Positions 29,259 to 41,291 of a stretch of 64,000 bases of DNA are shown in pieces. Made by a program: the position numbers and the translations under genes. Below the pieces are notes generated by a model. It worked only from the letters and a program-made list of their open reading frames with translations, had not been told where the DNA came from and searched no databases. The stretch spans positions 1,332 through 65,331 of the forward strand of contig JAHJTE010000001.1 in NCBI GenBank assembly GCA_018830005.1, in the 5' to 3' direction. Origin of the DNA: Candidatus Omnitrophota bacterium. GTDB taxonomy: Bacteria > Omnitrophota > Gorgyraeia > JAHJTE01. The stretch's first letter is position 1. Every line of letters starts with the position of its first letter.

Positions 29259-29438
29259 TTATTTCTTAACTATGGTCACCCGTACCCGCGCAGGCTTTCC
29301 GCCTTTCATGCCAAAAAGGCCCTTTTTCTCCTCAGAAAGGATCTGAATCTTAGCATCCTTGCGGGAGACCTTGAGTATTTTTAAGGCCTTCTTAATGGCT
29401 GCTTCGGGAGTTTTGTCTTCTATTTCAATGCTTTCCAT
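29259..29438 (-). CDS. Stand-alone Jag_N domain protein (59 aa)
   Basis: MESIEIEDKTPEAAIKKALKILKVSRKDAKIQILSEEKKGLFGMKGGKPARVRVTIVKK*; KGLFG motif; canonical jag position after yidC; below ORF-track cutoff. Confidence 0.85.
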   Translation of the reverse strand: MESIEIEDKTPEAAIKKALKILKVSRKDAKIQILSEEKKGLFGMKGGKPARVRVTIVKK

Positions 29439-30976
29439 TGACTCGCCATCATTAATAAGCTGTTAGTGAACCAATACAACACCAAGCCAGAGGGCATATT
29501 ATAAAATATAAAACCAAATACAATAGGCATGACCCAGAGCATCATCTTTTGCTGTTCACTTTGCGTGCCAGAGACATTACGCATGGACATTTTCTGCTGG
29601 AAGAACATTCCTACCATCATCAAAATCGGCAGCAGATTAATATCCATTCCGCCTAAACCTCCGGGGATAAACCGATCAGGCGCTGAAAGGTCTTTTATCC
29701 ATAAAAAACCCGCACCTTTAAGTTCAATGGCTCGAGATAAGGCCTGGAATAATGAGAAAAACACAGGAATCTGGAATATTACAGGAAAGCATCCTCCTAG
29801 TGGATTGGCCTTGTGTGCCTTGTATAATTCCATTATTTCCTTATTAAGTCTTTGCGGGTTGTCCTTATATTGGCTTTTCAATGCCTCCATTTCAGGTTGT
29901 AAGGCCTGCATTGTCTTCATTGAGCGCATCTGCTTTATTGTCAATGGGTAAAGGCAAATATAAATTAATATTGTCAAAATTATGATGGAAAGACCCCAGC
30001 TCTTAACTACATTGTGTATAGATAATAATGCTCTTAATAAGAACTTAACTATTGCATCCAACTTGCCAAAATTGCGTATCTTTTCGAAATCTGCACCACT
30101 TGCAACTAATAATTTGTCAATCTGAGGCCCAGCGTAGTACAAAAACCCGTCTTTAACTTCTTCACCAGGCTGAATAGCTTGATTCTTACGATACACCTTA
30201 ATTATGTCATTGCCATCTGTTGTCTTGGCTATGTCAATTGATTCAAATGCTGAAGAAGTAGGATGGAGGATATATGCGAAATACTTATCACGCAAGCCTA
30301 CCCACCTGAACGCTTGTTTGAACTCTTTATTAGTGCCTTTTCTAATACGTAAGTTATTGTGCCGCAAAATGTTATCTTCATCAATCATGATTGTGGTATC
30401 TTTATACCGCTCATCTATTGAAGACTTTGACGGCGAGAATTCAGAAAATATTGTGTAGTAACTATCTGTGTTATAAGGAGTTAGGTTACGAATCGTTAAA
30501 TAAAACTCAAGGTAATAACCACCTTCTGAAAATTTATACTCCTTAGTGATTTCTTTTTGTTCATCCTGATAAGTAAAGATAATAGCGTCTTGCCTCTTGC
30601 GATGGGAAAATTCCAAATCCGACCATTCCTGTGTGGCAACTAACGCATTGGAAGGAACATCAAAATCATACTGTTTAAATTTAATAGAAACAAGATTGCC
30701 GCCAAAAGGAGAAAATCCGAAAATCACAGCTTCTGTTTCTAAGGAAATTGGGGTATATTCAAGAGCAGGAATCTGCTGTGGTGCTGGCGACTCTGGCTTA
30801 GGATATGCTTTAAATTTGGGAACAGAGGTTACTGGTACTGAATCTACACCTCCGGCCAAATCATCTGTAACTTCTTTATTTTCAATAGGATAGTACTTTG
30901 ATGACAGAGAAGAATAGACAATTATAATTAAAATAGATAACACTACAGCAATAACTGTTCTTTTTTGCAAGTCCAT
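29420..30976 (-). CDS. yidC: Membrane protein insertase YidC
   Basis: N-terminal TM, periplasmic domain, WGLSIIILT, NPLGGCFP, FLWIKDLSAPD, PSGLVLYW. Confidence 0.96.
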   Translation of the reverse strand: MDLQKRTVIAVVLSILIIIVYSSLSSKYYPIENKEVTDDLAGGVDSVPVTSVPKFKAYPKPESPAPQQIPALEYTPISLETEAVIFGFSPFGGNLVSIKFKQYDFDVPSNALVATQEWSDLEFSHRKRQDAIIFTYQDEQKEITKEYKFSEGGYYLEFYLTIRNLTPYNTDSYYTIFSEFSPSKSSIDERYKDTTIMIDEDNILRHNNLRIRKGTNKEFKQAFRWVGLRDKYFAYILHPTSSAFESIDIAKTTDGNDIIKVYRKNQAIQPGEEVKDGFLYYAGPQIDKLLVASGADFEKIRNFGKLDAIVKFLLRALLSIHNVVKSWGLSIIILTILIYICLYPLTIKQMRSMKTMQALQPEMEALKSQYKDNPQRLNKEIMELYKAHKANPLGGCFPVIFQIPVFFSLFQALSRAIELKGAGFLWIKDLSAPDRFIPGGLGGMDINLLPILMMVGMFFQQKMSMRNVSGTQSEQQKMMLWVMPIVFGFIFYNMPSGLVLYWFTNSLLMMASQWKALK

Positions 30977-30983
30977 TATAGCC

Positions 30984-31196
30984 TCACTTCACAGGGTCAA
31001 ATCCGCCTCGGGAGAACCCTTGGCAACGTAATAGGCGCCAAAAGCTCATGATCAGACCACGAAACACGCCATGTTTTATTAAAGCATGTGTGGCAAACTC
31101 TGAACAGCTTGGCGAAAAACGGCAGGTAGGGAAAGGAGAGAGCACGCGGGAGATTTTTTGGTAAAGCTTTATAATCCAGACTAAGATTTTGCTCAT
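30984..31196 (-). CDS. yidD: Membrane protein insertion efficiency factor
   Basis: CRFSPSCS...RLLRC...GGFDPV. Confidence 0.94.
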   Translation of the reverse strand: MSKILVWIIKLYQKISRVLSPFPTCRFSPSCSEFATHALIKHGVFRGLIMSFWRLLRCQGFSRGGFDPVK

Positions 31197-31198
31197 TT

Positions 31199-31336
31199 TT
31201 ATTTACTAAGACGGTGCCTGCCTTTGGCACGCCGTCTTTTTAAGATTTTTTTCCCTCCAACAGATTTCATTCTCCGACGAAAACCGTGCCTTCTTTTCCC
31301 TTTTATAAGCGTTGGGGTCTTAAGATGCTTTTTCAT
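31199..31336 (-). CDS. rpmH: 50S ribosomal protein L34
   Basis: [45 protein letters not shown]; divergent from dnaA; not in ORF track. Confidence 0.93.
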   Translation of the reverse strand: MKKHLKTPTLIKGKRRHGFRRRMKSVGGKKILKRRRAKGRHRLSK

Positions 31337-31345
31337 AGGTTTGTA

Positions 31346-31373
31346 ATTATATCATAACGCTTCTTTTAGTCAA
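31346..31373 (-). promoter_or_regulatory. rpmH promoter
   Basis: TTGACT-16 bp-TATAAT with TGn extension. Confidence 0.65.
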
Positions 31374-31400
31374 GTAAAATTGCCTGATTAAAAATTTTTC

Positions 31401-31428
31401 TTGCAAAAATAGTTTCCTCTGTTATAAT
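31401..31428 (+). promoter_or_regulatory. dnaA promoter
   Basis: TTGCAA-16 bp-TATAAT with TGn extension. Confidence 0.65.
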
Positions 31429-31485
31429 AACTCCCTGTTATCATATCTTGAAGGATAAAATATAACAACCTGAGATTGCCTTTCC

Positions 31486-31514
31486 TGTTGATAAGCTGTG
31501 GATACTGTGTAAAA
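31486..31514 (-). promoter_or_regulatory. Cluster of three DnaA boxes upstream of dnaA
   Basis: Reverse complements TTATCAACA, GTATCCACA, TTTTACACA versus TTWTNCACA. Confidence 0.75.
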
Positions 31515-31566
31515 CTCTTCGTATCTCTGTTAATAATATACGTTTTGCATCAAACTTCTCTTGTCT

Positions 31567-32901
31567 ATGGACAGTAATAAAGTCTGGGCATCTGCCTTAA
31601 AAAACATTGAAAACGTTGTTGGTCAAACCGCCATAGAAACCTGGTTTGCGCCGATACAAGCTAAGTTGCTCGAGAACAAATTCATCCTAGAAGTGCCTGA
31701 TGAGTTCTTTAAGGATTGGGTAATACAGCATTATCTTAAATTGATTAAAAGCGCTTTGGAAGAAGTAGTCCCTGATTTTCCTCACGATATACAGGTGCGT
31801 GTCAATGCGCTTATCTACAAGAGCCGGGAGCAATCGCGTCTTGCTGATTTTACCCAGAGGGTCCAACCACGTCAAATAACTACCCTAAATCTGAACAGTC
31901 GTTTTACCTTTGATCAGTTTGTTATTGGCTCATCCAATAGGTTTGCCCATGCAGCCAGCCTTGCGGTGGCTGAATCTCCTGCCAAGGCCTATAATCCGTT
32001 TTTTATATATGGAGGGGTGGGCCTAGGCAAGACCCATCTTATGCAGGCCATTGCCCATTTCATTCTAAAAAAGCGCAATGACGCAAAGATCACCTATATC
32101 CCTAGCGAAAAATTCACCAATGAACTCATCGGCGCTATTCAGCATCGTTCCACGTCACAATTTCGTACTAAATACCGCAATGTTGATGTGTTGTTAATAG
32201 ATGATATCCAATTCATCGCTGGTAAAGAATCTACACAAGAAGAGTTTTTTCATACCTTTAATGAATTATATGATCACCATAAACAGATCGTTCTCTCCTC
32301 GGATAGGCCGCCACGAGAAATAGCCAACCTGGAAGAAAGACTTATCTCCCGATTCCAATGGGGATTGATTACGGATATTCAACCGCCAAATTTTGAAACG
32401 CGCATTGCTATTCTAAAGAAAAAAATCGAACATGAACCAGTGCAGGTTCCGGAAGATGTCGTCTATTTTATCGCTGATTTAATAAAGACCAATATTCGGG
32501 AATTAGAAGGGGCCCTGATCCGTGTCATTGCCTATTCGCTGCTTGAGGAAAAAACAATATCCTTGAATCTAGCTCAAGACGTATTACGAGACATGTTAAC
32601 CGAGTCTGCCAAAATCATTACAATCGAGCGCATACAGAAAGAGGTAGCCGGCATGTTTAATGTAACGGTTAATGAGGTGCGCTCGAAACGCCGCACTAAA
32701 AATATTATTTTACCTCGACAGATTGCCATGTATCTTGCAAGAGAGTTAACGACTCAATCTTTGCCGGAAATCGGCGAGGCCTTTGGAGGAAAAAACCACA
32801 CTACAGTACTCTATGCCTGCAAGAAGATAAAAAAAGAAATTAACAACAATAAACAGGTAAGTAATTTTGTAAGTAGTATCTTAAAAAATATTAAACAATA
32901 A
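31567..32901 (+). CDS. dnaA: Chromosomal replication initiator
   Basis: FTFDQFVIG, YGGVGLGKTHL, LLIDDIQF, TQEEFFHTFN, domain IV RQIAMYL...HTTV; ATG 31567 preferred over TTG 31561. Confidence 0.97.
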   Translation: MDSNKVWASALKNIENVVGQTAIETWFAPIQAKLLENKFILEVPDEFFKDWVIQHYLKLIKSALEEVVPDFPHDIQVRVNALIYKSREQSRLADFTQRVQPRQITTLNLNSRFTFDQFVIGSSNRFAHAASLAVAESPAKAYNPFFIYGGVGLGKTHLMQAIAHFILKKRNDAKITYIPSEKFTNELIGAIQHRSTSQFRTKYRNVDVLLIDDIQFIAGKESTQEEFFHTFNELYDHHKQIVLSSDRPPREIANLEERLISRFQWGLITDIQPPNFETRIAILKKKIEHEPVQVPEDVVYFIADLIKTNIRELEGALIRVIAYSLLEEKTISLNLAQDVLRDMLTESAKIITIERIQKEVAGMFNVTVNEVRSKRRTKNIILPRQIAMYLARELTTQSLPEIGEAFGGKNHTTVLYACKKIKKEINNNKQVSNFVSSILKNIKQ

Positions 32902-33055
32902 CCACCAAGTTATGAACACGTTAAGAATAACATATCTAGATGTTTTATAAACAACAAGGGTTTGATATAATTGATGTTATGGTAAAAAGACCCGTTGAAT
33001 CAGCCTTACTTACTACTACTACTATTTTTAATACTTATATAATAACTACAAGAGG
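32902..33055. other. oriC unwinding region (dnaA-dnaN spacer) with DnaA-trio repeats
   Basis: CAGCC followed by TACT-TACTACTACTACTAT (33007-33025) and an AT-rich tract; degenerate boxes TTATGAACA, TTATAAACA. Confidence 0.72.
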
Positions 33056-33061
33056 TTGTTA

Positions 33062-34156
33062 ATGAAAATCTGTGTAAACAAAGAAATCTTTTTAGAAACG
33101 ATATCAAAAGTAACTAATGTCATAAATCCAAGAAGCAATCTGCCTATTCTATCCAATGTTCTTGTAGAAGCTGTAGGTTCTAAGATGAAGTTAACTGCTA
33201 CAGATTTAGACATAGGGATAACAACGCAAATTCAAACAACAGTAAATGAACCCGGAGCAATAACCATACCTGCTAAAAGGTTTTTTGAGATTATTAAAGA
33301 ACTACCAGAGGGCGATATCCGCATTGTTGTCAAGAAAAACAACTCAATCCACATCGAAAGCAATGATTGCTTCTTTAAACTTATGGGCTTGCCCAAAGAA
33401 GAGTTTCCCAAACTGCCGGATTTTAAAAATAAAGATGTTTTAAAATTCAATCAAGCAACACTACTTTCAATGTTGGAATTGACTTCATTTGCTGTTTCTC
33501 ATGATGAAACCCGTTATGTTTTAAATGGAATTCTATTTGAAACAAACGGGCAGAATTTAACATTGGTAGCTACGGACGGAAGAAGATTAGCCCTTATTTC
33601 TAAAGATATAATTTCTAAAGGGCCCGGCAAAAACGAACATTTCATTGTTCCAACAAAAGCAATCCAGGAGTTAATGCGCGCGCTACGCCAGAGCGAAGAA
33701 GATGTAAATTTTGTACTAACCGAAAACCAGGCCCTTTTTGAAATTGGAAACACCTCGATTGTTTCGCGTTTAATTGAGGGAGGATTTCCTAATTATAAAC
33801 AGGTTATACCAGTTGATAATCCCTATAATGCTCGCCTAGAGCGTCTAGTGTTCTTATCTGCCCTGAGGCGGGCTAGTCTCTTGACCACAACCGATTATCA
33901 GACAGTTAGGCTGGAATTGTTCAAAGATAAGATGGTAATCTCTAAATCCACCCCTGATGTAGGAGAGTCTCGGGAAGAAATCCCGATGCAATACCAGGGT
34001 AAAGAGATGGTAATAGGATTTAACCCCTATTATCTTGTTGAGGTATTAAAGAATTTAAGGGTACCAGAGGTTTGCTTAGAATTTAGCGATCCAGAAAAAC
34101 CAGCGCTTTTAAAAGAAGGGGACTATCTATACGTTGTGTTGCCGATGAGAATCTAA
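33062..34156 (+). CDS. dnaN: DNA polymerase III beta clamp
   Basis: LPILSNV, ATDLD, RYVLNG, VATDGRRL, SRLIEGGFP, IGFNP.Y, LPMR. Confidence 0.97.
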   Translation: MKICVNKEIFLETISKVTNVINPRSNLPILSNVLVEAVGSKMKLTATDLDIGITTQIQTTVNEPGAITIPAKRFFEIIKELPEGDIRIVVKKNNSIHIESNDCFFKLMGLPKEEFPKLPDFKNKDVLKFNQATLLSMLELTSFAVSHDETRYVLNGILFETNGQNLTLVATDGRRLALISKDIISKGPGKNEHFIVPTKAIQELMRALRQSEEDVNFVLTENQALFEIGNTSIVSRLIEGGFPNYKQVIPVDNPYNARLERLVFLSALRRASLLTTTDYQTVRLELFKDKMVISKSTPDVGESREEIPMQYQGKEMVIGFNPYYLVEVLKNLRVPEVCLEFSDPEKPALLKEGDYLYVVLPMRI

Positions 34157-34166
34157 AGACATAAAT

Positions 34167-37303
<3,137 letters not shown>

Positions 37304-37314
37304 GCGAGGAGTAA

Positions 37315-40300
37315 ATGTATACAAAGGGTGAAAAGGTAGTTCCGGTTTATATTGAAGAGGAAATGAAGGATTCCTACATTTCCTACGCAATGAGCGTGAT
37401 TGTTGGCAGGGCCCTGCCTGATGTGCGCGATGGCCTAAAGCCCGTACATCGACGCATTCTATATACGATGCATGAGCTGAATCTTAGGCACAACCAACCC
37501 TTTAAAAAATCAGCCAGAATCGTTGGGGATTGCTTGGGAAAATATCATCCTCACGGAGATACGGCAGTATATGACGCCCTAGTAAGAATGGTGCAGGATT
37601 TTTCTCTGCGCTATCCTTTGATAGATGGCCAGGGGAATTTTGGTTCGGTTGACGGCGATGCTCCAGCGGCGATGCGATATTGCATTAGTGGTGACACATT
37701 AATTGTCACAGATAAAGGGTTGCAGAGGATAGAGAAGATTCCCCATCATTCAGAAGTTTCTTTTTATGCACTTTCAGCAAATAATAAGATAAATCATGTT
37801 TCAAAATGGTTTGATTCTGGTGAGCATCCAACAATAAGAATACAAACCCACAGAGGTTTTAGCCTATGCGGCAGCTATAATCATCCTATTCTTGTCTGGC
37901 AAAGCAAAGAAAGAAGAGCGTGTTTTAAGTGGAGATTGCTGAAAGAGTTGCAAGAAGGTGACTATGCAGTAATAAGTAGGAGTGATGCGCTCTTTCCTAA
38001 AAAAGAGACATCTTTAAAGCCTTTTTACCCAAAGGTCAACAAAAGATGCAAGATTCATAAGCTTCCACGATTTATGAATAGGGATTTTGCTTTGATTTTG
38101 GGGGCGATAGTTGCTGAGGGTAATATTGGTAAGGAGCATATCGGATTTTGTAATAACGATGAGCTATTTATTGAGCAATTTAAAAGCAGCTTTAAAAGAG
38201 TATTCCCTGATTGTAAGCTTCACGAATTTGTGCGAAAACCACAAGGTTACACCAAAAAACAATACATGTCTTTAGAAATTCACTCTAAGCAAGTAATAGA
38301 ATTTTTGAAAAATCTCGGCCTAACACCAGGTAGAGCTAAAGATAGGAGAGTTCCGGATATCATTTTTCAGTCCAAGAAAGATTCAGTCGCTTCTTTTGTT
38401 CGTGGTTATGCAGAAGGAGATGGTAGCGTTTGCATATCATCTTCTTTGAGCAATCTAGAAGTAACTTTTATTTCCGCTAGCAAAAAACTTATGCAAGAAC
38501 TCCAAATTTTATTATTGAGATTTGGGATCGATTCTTCATATAGGTTGCAGAGGTCACGCAATGTGTTTAAGCTTTTTATTAGAAGCCACGACAACCTCAA
38601 TCTATTTAAAAATAATATAGGTTTTATATCGCGCAGAAAGCGCAAGAAACTACAAGAGATCTCTGGCCGCAATAGCAATAGCTGGGTTATGTCTAAGATG
38701 GACTTTATCCCCTATTTGTCTAATTACATCCGCACAAGCAATAAATACAAGGCCAAGTATAGAGGCCACGGGGAATTTTTGATTAAACACAACATCGATA
38801 GGTATACGAAAATAGAGCGACATTGGAAGAAGCTCAAAGAAGTGCTTGATAAGGAAGATATGCAGCTGTACGCAACATTGAGAGGGAACAAATACATTTT
38901 TGATAAAATTACCTCGGTTAAAGAAAGCGGGGTAAACAGGGTCTATTCAATAAAAGTAGATAGTCCCTGCCACTCATTCGTATCAAATGGATTTATAAGT
39001 CATAATACTGAGGCACGTATGGCTTCCATTTCCTTCGAGATGCTAGCAGACATCGAAAAGGATACAGTAAATTTTGCTCCTAATTTTGATGCTTCTTTGC
39101 AGGAGCCAATATTATTACCTGCAGCTATTCCTAACCTATTAATTAATGGTTCAAGCGGCATAGCCGTAGGCATGGCAACTAACATCCCGCCACATAACTT
39201 AGGTGAAGTTATTGACGGTTTAAGTTATTTAATTGATAAACCCGACTGTGAACTCAAGGCATTGATGAAGATTATTAAAGGGCCAGATTTTCCAACAGGC
39301 GGAATAATCTGCGGTAGGAACAGCATAAAGGACGCCTATTCTAAAGGCAGGGGTAAACTTACGGTCCGCGCCCGAGCTCAGATTGAAAAATCCAAAGGCT
39401 CTAAAGAGGCGATTGTTGTGACTGAGCTTCCTTACCAGGTGAATAAATCCAACCTTATCGCTTCTGTGGCTTCATTGGTAACAGACAAAAAGGTCGAGGG
39501 GATAAGTGATATTCGCGATGAATCTGATAAAGATGGAATGCGCATTGTTATAGATTTAAAACGTGATGCTGAATCTAAGGTCATACTCAATCAATTATTT
39601 AAGCACACAGATTTAGAGACTACTTTCGGCATTATCTTGCTTGCCTTGGTAGACAGCCGACCGCGTATATTAAACCTTAAGAGTATCCTGCATTATTTTA
39701 TTGTTCACAGAAAAGAAATAATTAAAAGACGTACACAATTTGAGCTGGATAAGGCATTAAAGAGAGCGCATATTTTAGAAGGTTTAAAGATTGCCCTGAA
39801 GTTTTTAGACAGGGTTATCAAAACCATAAAGCAATCAAAGAGCGTGCCTGATGCCAAGGCAGCATTAATGAAGAACTTTAAACTATCAGATGTGCAGGCA
39901 CAGGCGATTTTAGAAATGCAATTGCAGCGGCTCACGGCCCTAGAAAGAAGCAAGCTGGAAAATGAATATTTAGAGTTGATTAAGCGCATAGAACTGTTGC
40001 GTTCAATCCTTGCTTCGGAAAAAAAGATAGAGATGATCATTAAAGAAGAGCTGGATGCTTTAAAGAAAAAATATGCGGATGAGCGCCGTACAGATATAGT
40101 GGGTGAAGTTCAGGAACTAGAGATAGAAGATCTGATAGCTGAAGAAGATGTGGTGATCACTATAAGTCATACTGGTTACATCAAGAGATTGCCGGTGTCA
40201 GCCTATCGCAAACACCACCGGGGAGGAAAAGGAGTTACAGGGGCCGAGATGAAGGATGAGGATCTCATAGAGCATCTTTTTATTGCCTCTACGCATGAGT

Positions 40301-41070
40301 ATATTCTATTTTTCACGGATACAGGAAGGGTATTGTGGTTAAGGGTTCATGAGATCCCTCAGGCAGGCCGCGCCTCAAAGGGCAAGGCAATTGTGAATCT
40401 TCTGCAGCTTGGCAGCGGAGAAAATATCAGCGCTTGCATACCAGTGAAAGAGTTTCATGAGGATGCCTTTCTGGTTATGGCTACCAAGAATGGCCTGATT
40501 AAAAAGACAAGACTAGACGCCTTTAGCAACCCACGCAAGGGCGGCATTATTGGTTTGAGTTTGGAAAAAGGCGACAGCTTGATTAGCGTAAAGATGACTG
40601 ATGGTAACAGTGAGATTCTTTTGGCCACGGCTCAAGGTAAGGCTATAAGATTTGTGGAAAAGCAGGTGCGGGAAATGGGAAGGGCTGCCAAAGGAGTAAA
40701 AGGGATTTCGCTTGCCAAAAAGGATTTGGTTATTGCCATGGAGATTCCTGCTAAGGAGTGTACTTTTCTTACGGTGACCGAGCGCGGATTTGCAAAAAGG
40801 ACTCAGGCTTCAGAGTACCGTTTACAATCAAGGGGCGGCAAGGGAATTATTAATATAAGGGTAACAAGTAAAAACGGGCCTGCTGTTAATTTGTTATCAG
40901 TGCGCGATAAAGATGAGATCATGGCAATTACACAGAACGCCATGATTGTGCGCTGTGCAGTAAAGGATATCCGCAGCACCGGACGCTCTGCTCAAGGCGT
41001 GCGTTTAATCAAGTTAGGCGCTAAGGATAAAGTCGCCTGCATGGCACACGTAGTTAAGCAGGAAGAATAA
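37315..41070 (+). CDS. gyrA: DNA gyrase subunit A containing a LAGLIDADG intein
   Basis: [23 protein letters not shown]|TEARM active site, C-terminal pinwheel with RGGKG repeats. Confidence 0.97.
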   Translation: MYTKGEKVVPVYIEEEMKDSYISYAMSVIVGRALPDVRDGLKPVHRRILYTMHELNLRHNQPFKKSARIVGDCLGKYHPHGDTAVYDALVRMVQDFSLRYPLIDGQGNFGSVDGDAPAAMRYCISGDTLIVTDKGLQRIEKIPHHSEVSFYALSANNKINHVSKWFDSGEHPTIRIQTHRGFSLCGSYNHPILVWQSKERRACFKWRLLKELQEGDYAVISRSDALFPKKETSLKPFYPKVNKRCKIHKLPRFMNRDFALILGAIVAEGNIGKEHIGFCNNDELFIEQFKSSFKRVFPDCKLHEFVRKPQGYTKKQYMSLEIHSKQVIEFLKNLGLTPGRAKDRRVPDIIFQSKKDSVASFVRGYAEGDGSVCISSSLSNLEVTFISASKKLMQELQILLLRFGIDSSYRLQRSRNVFKLFIRSHDNLNLFKNNIGFISRRKRKKLQEISGRNSNSWVMSKMDFIPYLSNYIRTSNKYKAKYRGHGEFLIKHNIDRYTKIERHWKKLKEVLDKEDMQLYATLRGNKYIFDKITSVKESGVNRVYSIKVDSPCHSFVSNGFISHNTEARMASISFEMLADIEKDTVNFAPNFDASLQEPILLPAAIPNLLINGSSGIAVGMATNIPPHNLGEVIDGLSYLIDKPDCELKALMKIIKGPDFPTGGIICGRNSIKDAYSKGRGKLTVRARAQIEKSKGSKEAIVVTELPYQVNKSNLIASVASLVTDKKVEGISDIRDESDKDGMRIVIDLKRDAESKVILNQLFKHTDLETTFGIILLALVDSRPRILNLKSILHYFIVHRKEIIKRRTQFELDKALKRAHILEGLKIALKFLDRVIKTIKQSKSVPDAKAALMKNFKLSDVQAQAILEMQLQRLTALERSKLENEYLELIKRIELLRSILASEKKIEMIIKEELDALKKKYADERRTDIVGEVQELEIEDLIAEEDVVITISHTGYIKRLPVSAYRKHHRGGKGVTGAEMKDEDLIEHLFIASTHEYILFFTDTGRVLWLRVHEIPQAGRASKGKAIVNLLQLGSGENISACIPVKEFHEDAFLVMATKNGLIKKTRLDAFSNPRKGGIIGLSLEKGDSLISVKMTDGNSEILLATAQGKAIRFVEKQVREMGRAAKGVKGISLAKKDLVIAMEIPAKECTFLTVTERGFAKRTQASEYRLQSRGGKGIINIRVTSKNGPAVNLLSVRDKDEIMAITQNAMIVRCAVKDIRSTGRSAQGVRLIKLGAKDKVACMAHVVKQEE
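37681..39006 (+). mobile_element. GyrA intein with LAGLIDADG homing endonuclease (442 aa)
   Basis: Starts CISGDT after the catalytic Tyr; LGAIVAEG and [10 protein letters not shown] motifs; ends SHN with Thr+1. Confidence 0.95.
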
Positions 41071-41102
41071 ACAAAAGCGCAAAGCTAAAAATTAACTTAC
41101 TC

Positions 41103-41176
41103 GACCCCATCGTCTAGCCTGGTCAGGACAAGAGCTTTTCAAGCTCTCGACACCGGTTCAAATCCGGTTGGGGTCG
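41103..41176 (+). tRNA. tRNA-Glu(TTC)
   Basis: GACCCCA...AGAGC-TTTTCAA-GCTCT...GTTCAAATCC...TGGGGTCG. Confidence 0.95.
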
Positions 41177-41291
41177 CTTTTTATTAAAAGCGTTAAGTCC
41201 ACTTAAGGCGGATTTCGCTAGAGGTATTCAGGCCACCTTTGGTGGATGCCACTAAAGTGCTCGCCATAGGCGAGCAAAATTAAGGTGTTCC

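Noticed and set aside
29013-29384. 123-aa plus-strand ORF over the parS region
   Set aside because: Antisense to the LAGLIDADG and Jag_N genes; the SHE repeats are just translated parS-like sites
30997-31230. 77-aa ORF as a possible rnpA
   Set aside because: Alternative frame of yidD; lacks the RNR motif and is too short
41186-41291. Canonical glmS ribozyme
   Set aside because: Core AGCGCC, GACGAGG and TATCG elements are not present; kept only as a low-confidence finding
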